Notes under the pieces: generated by a model
The model's database searches: none
Seen by the model: the letters and a program-made list of their open reading frames with translations, nothing else
What the model was told of the DNA's origin: nothing
Program-made: the position numbers and the translations under genes
Shown here: positions 12,856-23,610 of the stretch, piece by piece
How the letters are laid out: the number at the start of each line of letters is the position of its first letter
How positions within the stretch are numbered: the first letter of the stretch is position 1
DNA from: Epiperipatus broadwayi
Lineage: Eukaryota > Animalia > Onychophora
Length of the DNA: 64,000 nucleotides
NCBI GenBank assembly: GCA_028023455.1
Contig: JAQFVV010000001.1
Location: 124,001 to 188,000 of the forward strand
Reading direction: 5' to 3'

Positions 12856-15234
12856 GTAAGTTTATATATATATATATATTGCTTGATTCTCAATTTTTGT
12901 TACAGTGCTCTAGAATTTGAACTTACTCTTGAAACAAGTGGGATCAGCAGTAGGTTTAATTGACTATTAACTTTTTGTATTAATCTTTCATGATTATGAA
13001 AAGTTTTTTTATTATTATTTTTTTGATGGCAGTGGTTTATCATCTAGTCATTCTATTTTTATTTTAAATTATTGAGAATTGTAGACTCTATGATTCATTA
13101 AAGTTATGGTGTTTTATTAAAGTTCATGACATAGCTGTAATAATAAATATTGAGAGGTTGACCAGCAATAGCAAATTATTGCCAACAATTATCAAGAGTT
13201 ATTAATTATATTAGTCAATTACCTTATTTGCCTTTGGCAAAAATTTAATATTATGCAAATTACAGTAAGGGAATGGAAAATTAGCATCTTCAAATAATCA
13301 AATATTATTATTTGATTGTAGTTCGTTAATGCCTAAATATCTCATCTCTATCTGTATTTGAGCCTAAGATTTAAATTCTTAAAAATTTTCAGATCACAAA
13401 CGAGTTTATTTTTTACTAGATTCCCAATTTAAAGCCAACCCAATTAATCATGTAGTGTTGGACAGTAAATGAGTGTCTGTTTATTATTAAGTCCAAATTT
13501 AATTTGAAATGGTCAGACCAATTTTGATACCATGATTGTAAAAATGAAAAAAGATTATTATATATGATTTTCAATTATTAGTATAAATATCAAACTTCTA
13601 CAGGCATTTAGACCACAGTTTATCTTATAGCATATATGTGTGTGTACATGGGTCTAAAATTTAAATGACTATCAAAATTTAAATACTGAGAGCAAATGTA
13701 AAAAATTTAATTTGTAGAAGTTATTGCACATGTTACTAATTTTCTGAATTCTCAGTACTACTTGCCTGAATTCCCCCTTGATTTATATATATATATACAT
13801 GTATTAATCTGTAACTTGTCATCAGTTAACTATTTTCCAAATGTAATTCACTATACAACAACCAAAGCTTAATATACCAAAAGAACATTCACAATCTGTT
13901 GTCAAGGTAACCTGTATAAATAAAAGATAAAATCCATCTTTTGTTTCTATAGGTTGTTTTAGCAATAGATTGTCAGTATTCTATTGAATTATTAAGTTTT
14001 GGATGATGTGAAATTATACTGTGTGTCTAAATATATTGTAAAAATTTTACTCCGTTATAAGAAAGTAATATTCTACTGACAATGGTAATTTATCAAAAAA
14101 TATAATAATAAAAAAAGCAATATTCATGAATTAATTTAGTCTAAGGAAATTATTAATATCAATGAGTGACTGCATACATTGTGGAGTGATTATACAGTTT
14201 TTATTTTTAAATAACTAATTTATAATAGTCATGGATAATGACTAGGCTGGGCATTTATCCAGATCCAGATGTTTTCTAATCATTATTCTCTTCACATTAA
14301 TAATATTATTAAAAGACAAAGTAAAATAATCTAATTAGAATTCGAATAATAAATAAACAAATAAGAAAATTATTAATAATAACTCAAAGTTTAATTAACA
14401 AACGTAATGAAAATAATATAACAATTCATATTTACATCTGAATAATTGTATGGAAAGCATGTGTATCAGAAAAATCTTTATTTCTTTATAACAATTCATA
14501 CAAAAAAAAGTTTATACTAAGTTTATTTAGTTATCTATTTATGTTCCAGTGAGATCACTTTTTTTTAACATTTGAATTAAGATATATAGTCATAAGAATC
14601 GTCATATTTTAAGCATTTGCAAGCAATTATTATTTTTAATTTCTCATGATTTGTTTTCATTGAGTTTCTTTCATAATTTATTCCCATGAAGTTTTTCCTA
14701 TGATTGAGGGTATCAAAATGTATGCAGATTTATAAATCTGGTCATAGAAGAGTATTTTTGCTTGACAACTAATTAGAGGGCAAATTTTTTTGTGCCAATT
14801 GTCACATATTTTAAGCAACTTGCAAGCAATTATTAAGTCTGCAGAAACATAATTAAATTTTAAGGCAACCTTTTATTTATAGTGAAGCATTCTGAAACTG
14901 CATTATATCTACTTAAATAATCCTTAAATTTTTCTTGAATTCCATTTGTAAGTAGCAACAAAGAAGTGTTTTCCCTATCTTTTCTTTGAAAAGCAGATGA
15001 TGTAATAGTTTTTTTTACTGGTTTCCATAGCAACTGGGTAATTTTATTAATGTATTTTATAATAAAGAATTGTAATACATTTTTAATTTTTATAAATATT
15101 ATTATTAAATTTCTTCATAATTTATTTTATGCATATGACTTTTATAGATTTTAGAAGACATAAAAGAAAATGCATATACATTTACTAAAAAGCTATGCAT
15201 GTAAATTCTGTCATGGAGGTTACAATATATATAT

Positions 15235-15395
15235 ATATTAATTATAAGATTTTCACAGCTTTTATAGATGTAAATATTGACAGTATAGTGAGAATTTGTT
15301 TGCATTTATGTACATAATTAGTTATGATATAATTAAGCAACAAACAATTATAACTGGCAATTGTAAATTGAAATTATGTCATCTAGTAATAATAT
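15235..15395 (+). repeat. Dispersed ~160-bp repeat; second copy at 17296-17455
   Basis: Shared ATTTTCACAG...TATAGATGTAA...AACTGGCAATT...AAATTATGTCATCTA. Confidence 0.6.
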
Positions 15396-15401
15396 TTTTG
15401 T

Positions 15402-15750
15402 ATAAACCACTAAACATCACATGATCACCATGTCTTATGAGCACATAACTGTTATTAAACAGGCAAAACTGTCCATTAGTAGTGCCACCCTGTGCCAACC
15501 AGAGTAATCAATGGATGTCAGAAGACTTGTACATAAAATCCCCATCTAGTGCCTACTCATCCAATATCCCCAGACTAGTTTCTGGCTTGTGGCCTTCATC
15601 AGTAAGGAGAAGGCCACAAGCCAGAAATCAGTCTGGGGATATTGGATGAGTAGGCACTAGATGGGGATTTTATGTACAAGTCTTCTGGCATCCATTGATT
15701 ACTCTGGTTAGCACAAGGTGGCACTACTAATGGACAGTTTTGCCTGTTTC
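15402..15750. mobile_element. Family A element A1: head-to-head inverted pair with 141-bp near-perfect arms (15457-15597 and 15609-15749)
   Basis: The arms are reverse complements. 13-bp TSD ATAATATTTTTGT at 15389-15401 and 15751-15763. Confidence 0.88.
15567..15608 (-). ncRNA. Family A type I hammerhead with intact core; predicted cut between 15573 and 15572
   Basis: UCCUUA-CUGAUGA-AGGC-CACAA-GCCA-GAAA-CUAG-UC/UGGGGA; palindromic stem III ACUAGU. Confidence 0.82.
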
Positions 15751-15959
15751 ATAATATTTTTGTCTATATGGAGAGTTTTACCTGTTTTAAAAAAATTAAA
15801 CAATTAAATGATATTTTTAACTTATGTTCATTTAATTATATAAAGTTTATTATTAATTGCATAAAATGCTCTATTAATATATAAGAATGATCAAAATAAG
15901 TTTTTCATTATTTATTGTAATAATCTAGATGTTACAAAAGTCATTAGTCAGACATATAA

Positions 15960-16660
15960 ATAGAAAGATAGATATTGATGTTGAAATATAACAAAGATTC
16001 CAGTGTGCTACTGCTGCTTTTAACAAGTTAAAAGATAGGGTAAGTAAGTATGATTATTTTATTTAAATTTATTCAGAAGAGAAACTTAGATATCCTGATG
16101 CAATATAAAGTCATCAGAAAAGTTTTATTTAAAGATGCTTCACAATATTTTAAAAATACAATGGCAAAATCACAAAGCCAATCAATATGTTTTTCAACTT
16201 TTTGTATGTGATACTATAGAGTCCATTTTTATAAAATTACACCTACATTGGATTGGATATAATAATGGAAGACTTCCTAAAAGGTATTTTATGATGAACT
16301 TGAGACTGGTTTTTGTGGGAGAGTTAAATCCTGTCTGCATTATAAGGATTATCTCACAGAAATTTTAAAGAAGTGTGATATTGATTGTTTCCATTGGGAA
16401 GATATGGCAGACAATACATTGGAGAGCTACAATTAAACTTAGAGTTGAGGTATTTCAGAAAGAAAACTTATCTACAGAAGAAATTAAAAGATAACATAAA
16501 ATATCAAAGAAACAGAAAAATGGATTATTTGTGGTTCAGAAATTGGTTTATTATAGTCATTGCAAAACTCGTTTTTAGAGCAGTTTTTTTTTCTCTTTAT
16601 TTTCTTTTCTTGGAGTTAGAATGGCCATACTTATTATAAATGGCTGGTATACATGTATGT
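15960..16660 (+). mobile_element. Second copy of the decayed LINE 3' end seen at 440-1140
   Basis: LHWIGY...GRLPKRYF...YKDYL remnants and nucleotide similarity to 440-1140. Confidence 0.6.
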
Positions 16661-16689
16661 AAAACTACAAGATCAGATTTCACCCAAAA

Positions 16690-17186
16690 ATATACTTACA
16701 ATTGTATTAGAGATAAGTTTTATGATGTATAATTAGCAAAGTATGCCTAGCATGCTTTCAACCATTTAATCATAATAGTCATAATCATGGCATTAAAAAA
16801 GAAAATAGCGATATTTATTAGGAAGCAAGTCACAATAGAGAATTTGGATATTTGAATGGTAAATAAGTTATTTGTATTGACCATTATGCATGAATACTTT
16901 TTGTTAATTGCATGATTGACTGGCATTGTGCTAGGCTTCTTTCACTTTGCATTTGGCATCATTATGTTTAGAGCCGACAACATTGGCAGACGTAGGTTCA
17001 AATGTGTGGCCTAGTTTAGATTCGTGCTCATAGAAAATTGATTTAGTGTCAGTATGCACTTTGGTTTGGTTATATAAATATAAATGTTGTGCAATGACTG
17101 TTAGGATTAGGTGGTCGAAAGCATGCTAGGCATACTTTGCTAATTATATAATATAACGCTTATCTCTAATACAGTTGTACATATAT
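16690..17186. mobile_element. Family D: head-to-head inverted ~100-bp arms (16690-16793 and 17084-17186), each carrying a hammerhead-like GAAA-GCATGC-TA-GGCAT
   Basis: The arms are reverse complements. The left arm folds as a type I HHR with an A3/U8 core; the right arm core is decayed. Confidence 0.6.
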
Positions 17187-17571
17187 TTTGTGTTATATTT
17201 TCTGAGATAAAGCTTACTAAATCCTTAAAAATCAAATTTCCTAATTATTTTTTACAAGAAAACAAATATCACCCATAAAAAAATTATATATATATATATT
17301 AATTATAAAATTTTCACAGATGTTATAGATGTAAGTATTGAAAATATAATGGGAATTTTCATGCGATTACCAAGATAAATAACTATAATGCAGTTAAGCT
17401 ATTAACTAATTAAAACTGGCAATTATAATCGAAAATTATGTCATCTAATAATAATACTTATATATATACATACACTGTACACACACATAATACATATCAA
17501 CTGAATTTTTTGCAGTTTGTAATAATTGTTACTAAATGATAATAAATTAATACATTTTGCTATTATTAAAG

Positions 17572-17660
17572 GAGCAGCATGCCATGGATTTCGCGATTTT
17601 CAGTTCAGTTTTCAGAAAACTGGAATGGGTAAAATGTCAACAAAAAATATGACTTGTTCG
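17572..17660 (+). CDS. AGA: AGA last protein-contributing exon, GAACHGFRDFQFSFQKTGMGKMSTKNMTCS; read-through of the donor adds VSNFEILGN and stops at 17688-17690
   Basis: AG at 17570-17571. GAAC...F.F...C pattern matches the AGA C-terminus. Consensus donor CG/GTAAGT at 17661 in phase 0. Confidence 0.9.
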
Positions 17661-17729
17661 GTAAGTAATTTTGAAATATTAGGAAATTGATTTTATATAT
17701 ACATTCAATAATTATAAAATATATTTATG

Positions 17730-17832
17730 ATGATTATATTGCGCTAATGGTGAAGTTATTAAACTAATAAACAAATAATTGTTTATTAGTTTAATAACTT
17801 CACCAATTTGCGTTAAAGCTTAATATAATCAT
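17730..17832. repeat. Hairpin with perfect 27-bp arms (17748-17774 and 17779-17805) plus outer 11-bp arms
   Basis: TGGTGAAGTTATTAAACTAATAAACAA-ATAA-TTGTTTATTAGTTTAATAACTTCACCA. Confidence 0.9.
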
Positions 17833-19562
17833 TACGAACAACTGGCAAAGTAAATCGTTTATTACAAAATATATTTACGTAATTTTTCTCTCTTCATTTA
17901 CATTCACATTAGCAAATATTTTCTTATTTATGATAAAGTTTTATAATTTAGTTTTATAATTTTATTTTTTAATATTAAATCATCTATCCTCTTTATTACT
18001 ATTTTACTGTGCTTTTATTACAATCCAGACAGTTTTGATTGCCTCAGCAATCTTCTTCAGAACTTCTCATATATCCAACCAATAAGAAAGATTTTTTTTG
18101 TTGTTTTTTTTTTTTTAAAACTTCACCCCCACCCCCCCATTTTTATTTAATTCTGCACACTATGTATCATCTATTTGGAACATTAATATTTTCAAAATAA
18201 AAGATCATAATCATTCTTTTGATATCTTTTCCACTAAGCAAAAAATTCAATGGATTTTATAATATATCTTTCTATTCATTGCATGGACTTCTTTTTTTTT
18301 AATCATTGTGATTATAGTTTTTTATCAGTGATATTAAGCTCTCCATTTTAAAATGAAAATCTAAACATTAGTAAAATCAATGTAGTCACTAGATGGCAGT
18401 GATAATAGACTTGATTAACTAGAAGATATATTGAAGAATTGGTTAAGATAGTGAAATAAATTTCAATGTATCTATACAAAAATTGAATAGTTCTTACTTT
18501 CTAGTGGAATATTAAATATCAAAGATTAAGATAATACGGTAGAAAATTTGATAATATATATAATAATAACAGTGGAAAAAAATTGTTATTTTTTAAGGCA
18601 TGTAACAATTTAGTAAAGATAGAAGAAAAATAATGGAATTGTGGATGTATATAATGAGAAGAAAGATTATTGGAAGAAAAAAGTTGATAATTTTTTTTAT
18701 TTGTTTTGTTTTGGGGTTTGTTTTTTGCGGGGAGGGGGTAGGGGATAGCAGAGAAATTAAAAATAAAATAATGAGAAAAAAAACATTTCTTTAAAAGTGA
18801 GATAGAAGGAATAAAAATAAATAAGAATTATATATATTAATTCATTGTAATGATACATCGTTTGTTATAGTCAGATTAGCAAACTCTGTAGCTCAATATT
18901 CATGTATTGTGGTCCAGCTTTGTTACTTTTGGCACTTGAATTTCTTATTAATGCATAAGCATTAAATTATTTGATTATTTATTTTAATGATAATTAATAC
19001 CTATGATAGTGACATTGACCAGACAGTTGCTACATTACATTGCACTACATGAGTTTCTGGATAAACAGTTTTATTTTTGTAAAGAAAGCTGATTGATTTT
19101 GTTTATTGCTTATAGCTTGACTTCTAGAATGGAGTCAAACTATTGTCTAATTTAATGTAAAAATTTGAAGTTATGTGATATATTTTTATGATTTTATCAT
19201 CTTTTTGTCAAAAGTGTTTATGATTAATTTATATCAGGTAACATAACTATTTAAACAAGTTTGAAAAATCTGATTTCACTATCATCTAGTAGCTATTGAT
19301 TTGTTTCAATAGCAAAGAGAGACAAGATGGATTTACAATAGTATAAAAAGAGTTTCAGAAAGAGGGAATATTTTACTCACCAGTGTCTAGGCAAATGACC
19401 TATACACAAAAATTGCTGCTTTGTCTAAGAAGTCATTTTTAATGATATTACTATTATTAGTTGTATCAATATTAATTTTTATATCTGGTACGTTTAAGTC
19501 ATCTTTAACTATGACATATCTAAAGTATAAGGTTTCTTTACAAAGATATATATACATATATA

Positions 19563-19648
19563 ATGTTTAAATATAGGTATACTTTATATCTCTGAAGTAT
19601 AATTGCATCTAAACTCCAGGGATATAAAGTATACCTATATTTAAATAT
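19563..19648. repeat. Hairpin with 35-bp near-perfect arms
   Basis: ATGTTTAAATATAGGTATACTTTATATCTCTGAAG versus CTCCAGGGATATAAAGTATACCTATATTTAAATAT. Confidence 0.8.
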
Positions 19649-20154
19649 TACAGATTCGGCCTGTATCCTATCCATCCTTTTTCTGGGTATTTAAATGGAC
19701 AAGGTGCTATAAATGAGGGGGTCAGAATGACTTAAAGTCAACATGGACATGACAATAATATTGGCATCATCAAGAAATTTGGGTGTTCTACATCAGATTT
19801 TCAATGGTATTGTAGGCTGAAGAGTTGGATGATGGAGAAGATTGTAGCCTGACTATTAAAGTTTGAAGATTTGCTATCTTAATATAAACTGAACACTGAT
19901 TATATATATGTGGGAGATAATGATCTGGACCAACTGATGAGTGCTGGTTCAGCATGAAATACTTATATTGGAGATCATTTATCTTTTTCACATGTGTGTG
20001 ATCACATGTATCAGTTGTATGAGATAGCCAATAAACATCACATGATTACCACATCCTATGCCTGCCTATAACTTTTATTAAGACAGGCAAAACTCTCTAT
20101 ATGTATTGCCACTCAGTGCAAGCCAGAGTAATCAAGGGATTTCAGATCCAAGAC

Positions 20155-20196
20155 TCCTCACTGACAAAGGCCACAAGCCAGAAACTAGTCTGGGGA
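20155..20196 (+). ncRNA. Family A hammerhead with G8A change (C3-A8 mismatch, probably catalytically impaired)
   Basis: UCCUCA-CUGACAA-AGGC-CACAA-GCCA-GAAA-CUAG-UC/UGGGGA; stem I extends by AUCCAA/UUGGAU beyond a GAC/UA internal loop. Confidence 0.78.
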
Positions 20197-20562
20197 TATT
20201 GGATGAGTAGGCACTAGATGGGGATTTTATACACAAACCTTTTGGCATCCATTGATTACTCTGGCTTGGACTGAATGAAGAGTTTTCCCTTTTTTAATAA
20301 CAATTATAGGCGGGCATAGGAGGTGGTGATCATGTGATGTTTATTGGCTTAAAACCAATCCTGCCTAATAGGATATTGGTGGCTGGGTACTGAACTGAGT
20401 TCAGACCCATATGACTATATAAGCTAATGAGCTTGGATTGAAAATATTATGGTGTTTTCAGTTTAAGACTCATGATTTTGTAGTTAAGTAGAGATAAAAG
20501 GTGGCTGCTGGAGGATTGCATTAGATCCTAAGATCTAGGTGCAGTGCTCACAGAGCCAAGGC

Positions 20563-20604
20563 TCCTCACTGACGAAGGTTACAAGCCTGAAACTAGTCTG
20601 GGGA
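20563..20604 (+). ncRNA. Family A type I hammerhead, fully canonical; predicted cut after 20598
   Basis: UCCUCA-CUGACGA-AGGU-UACAA-GCCU-GAAA-CUAG-UC/UGGGGA; stem II is fully paired and stem I is extended by CCAA/UUGG. Confidence 0.88.
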
Positions 20605-21690
20605 TATTGGATGAGTAGGCACTAGATGGGGATTTTATGCAAAAACCTTCCGGCATCCATTGATTCCTCTGGCTTGCACTGAGTGGCAATACATACAGAG
20701 AGTTTTGCCTGTTGTATGAGATAGATTGGATGGCTAAAGGGAGCATGAAAGTCTGGGTTAACATACTTTATATATATGTATTGTGCAAATATGTATATGT
20801 CTAAAAATAATTATTGAAATATATAATGGAGTATTATTACAATGTAAAACTATAAGAGTGGTCCTTCATTTTCCATTTATTACAGCTCTAGATTTAAAAA
20901 AAAAAAAAAGAATTGATTTTACAAAATTGTAATAAGATGAAAAAAATATTTGACATTGTGCTAGTATATCTTTAAATCATATTTATAATATGTAAAATTT
21001 AATTTATGAGCATCTTATGAATAATTAAAAGTGCTTAATATCTCATCTTTTATCTTAGCTAGCTAATAGTGATATCATTTTAGGTATTTTGTCATTTGTG
21101 TAGCTATGAAATAATTTAAATTAATTTATTTATTATATAAGAAAATTATTAACTGATTATATAAATATTTATTTTATATAGCACTATGTTTTATAAACTA
21201 TAATATTAATAATTAGCCATTAAGCTAATGCACATGCCCTTTGTGGATTTTTAAACGCATGTGCATTAGCTTAACTGATTATATATAATTAGAAGCCTTT
21301 ATTTTTTTAGTTGCAAGTTTCCTTTTTATTTATCTCACATACTGTTACATTGTCAGGACACCCAGTTGTGTTTAGTATAGAAGTCTATGTTGGATTTTGG
21401 GGCTCTTAAGCAAATATTTATATATATATTTTAATATTTATAATATAGTTTATTACCTTTTTTATCATCTTTTAATTTTATAATCAGCAGTACATAAATC
21501 CCAAAGACCTAGGAGTCCAAAAACATTTCTTTAGTTTGTTTCACAATATTTATGCCACTGTTTTAATAAAGCAACCAGATTAGATTTTGGTGTAATATTA
21601 CTCTTTTTAAGTTTTTCAACTATTATGTCACTTGAATTTTTTAATTAATTAAGATAATACTTCAGCTATAAAGAGAAACTTAGGATTTAC

Positions 21691-22186
21691 TAAACTATAT
21701 ATCAGTAGTCTTAGCAATATAACATCACTTAAGACTTAAAACAGGGACTATTTATAGTCCCTGCTTTAAGTTTTATGTGATGTTATATTGCTAAGACTAC
21801 TAATATATGGTTTAGCTGAAAATCCCTCAGCCCCATATAGCTATTTGAGTTAGATAGCTGGGTTTGAAGACATGTAGGTGTCTGAAAATTTCAGATTTTC
21901 CATTTAATAGATAACTTTTAAATAAATGCTGTCTTTGGGTTGGTATTTTTAGATCTAATATCTGAAGCTATCCTAGTGCCTCTCTAAGGAGTGCCAAAGC
22001 ACAAAACGATGGTCAGACATTAGGGGGAGGGGGGTTCTGACCGAGATATTTTAAATGCTTTCTCTGGCTAAGCATTTTTCACAAAACCTGTTGAGCAATT
22101 GGCAATGCTCATTGTTTATATCTTACAAGCTTAAGAGAATGGGGTCATGTGATTTATTACTATTTTTTTATTTGACTATTTATAGT
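21691..22186 (+). mobile_element. Family B element B2: one monomer (21746-22186) preceded by a ~60-bp fold-back duplication
   Basis: Reverse-complement homology to B1 and B3. The GACTATTTATAGT hairpin occurs at both ends (period 428). 21691-21751 is the inverted copy of 21754-21814. Confidence 0.85.
21978..22019 (+). ncRNA. Inactivated family B hammerhead (G5A, G12A)
   Basis: GCCUCU-CUAAGGA-GUGC-CAAA-GCAC-AAAA-CGAUGG-UC-AGAC; orthologous position to the B1 HHR. Confidence 0.75.
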
Positions 22187-22693
22187 AACTGCAATTATGT
22201 TTGCAATTATATAATTATAATTATTTACAATTAATGTCTTATTTTTTGTTATTTTGATATTTGCTTTTATCATTTTTAAAACAAAATCAAATTAAATTTC
22301 TTTGTTTTCTATCTAAAACATTTATAGAAAAAAGTTAGCATTAATAAGAAGAAATGATTTAGCTTTTATAATATGCTAATTATTTTCACCTAATCATTGT
22401 TAATATATGAAATGTATATATAATAAAACAAACTTAAAGTTAACTTTACTATTTTATTATATTATTAAATTATATAAATAAATACTAAACTATATATAAA
22501 GCTGTCTTCCCAACGATTCTCCCATATATTCTATTGAAGATGGTGAAATTGCCATTTATGTGTTCTATAGCTTAATATTTTTTTTATATAATTAGCATAG
22601 ATGTAGTAAATTTTAAAAAATTAATTCTAATTTGATTTTGTTACATATTTATTTAATATTATATATATGTGATGATGGTTTTTTTTTTTGCAG

Positions 22694-22750
22694 TGACACT
22701 TTTGGTATCTTCTGTGGAGGCACTTAATAATATTTTACTAATACAATAAA
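22694..22750 (+). other. AGA: Candidate AGA terminal exon: begins with TGA, followed by a short 3' UTR with AATAAA
   Basis: Strong T-tract plus GCAG acceptor ending 22693. The first codon is TGA in phase 0, giving a C-terminus ...MTCS* similar in position to human ...VDCI*. AATAAA at 22745 and 22800. No transcript support available. Confidence 0.45.
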
Positions 22751-23099
22751 AATATATCTGGATATTTTTTAAAGTACATTTTTGTATATTATTTTTTTAA
22801 ATAAAGATTCATACCAATAACATTTCATTATAGTATTTTTAATTTGATTATAGCGTAATATTCATTGTGCTTATATCATAAATACCATATGACTTAATAT
22901 TATGTTGTAGTCCAAAAACTTAAAGTGAGTCAAGCTATTATGAAAAGATATTTTTAAACCAAATATATGTATTCTATCTTAATAACACTGAATTAACTTT
23001 TGGAAAAATCTCGCCAGAATTATAGTGCAAAATTAATTAACTAACAACACTGGGAGTAGGCTGAATATATCGTTTATAAAATGTGCAAATTATTGCAAC

Positions 23100-23610
23100 A
23101 AAATCAGGTGTTCCATTTTTTGGACAATGGGATGCAAGACTCTTTTCTGTTGACTTAATTCAGGTCTCTTTCAATAACCCATGCCTCCTTGAACTTTCTT
23201 TTATGATCATCCCTCTCTATGCAGTAATAATAGAAGGTGAAAACATGTTCTGTAGCACGCTCCTGCTCCAGGAAAATTGACTTATATTGCCAGCCTTCTT
23301 TTGTCTTTTTATAAAGATAAGAGTGCTGGGCAATTCTCATAAATCTATTGGTTCAAGACTACCTATAGTATGTTGTTCTCCATAGTGGAAATGGGCATGA
23401 AAATTTATAAACTATTTGAGGAGTGTGTTCAAATGGAGTTCTGTATTTAGTATTGTTAAGAAGATTGTTAAGAGAGGGCAGTGTTTTAAATGCTATTCAA
23501 GCATTGTTAAAGCAAATTTTCCGAAGCTCTGTTGATATGCTAGAAATACTTTCTCATAGTTTGACTCGGTTCAAGTTTTTAGAGTATTTCATTAGTAGAA
23601 TATGAAAAGA
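23100..23610 (-). mobile_element. Penelope-like GIY-YIG endonuclease relic
   Basis: IVYKFSCP...RIAQH...IERDDHKRKFKEAWVIE, with frameshifts. Confidence 0.65.

Larger units (their letters stand above)
20028..20710 (+). mobile_element. Family A element A2: inverted tail arm (20028-20140) followed by ~1.4 tandem monomers, with two HHRs 408 bp apart
   Basis: 20151-20290 is repeated at 20559-20710. A 14-bp flanking direct repeat GTTGTATGAGATAG lies at 20014-20027 and 20711-20724. Confidence 0.86.

Noticed and set aside
15457-15749. DNA-transposon MITE interpretation of the A1 palindrome
   Set aside because: Other copies are single-armed, tandem or asymmetric; the TSD is 13 bp; and the arms contain an HHR, all of which fit retroposition better.
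22985-23015. Possible HHR relic downstream of the PLE EN at 23155 (CTGGCGA...AAAAGTTAATTC on the minus strand)
   Set aside because: Too many core and stem mismatches to support.
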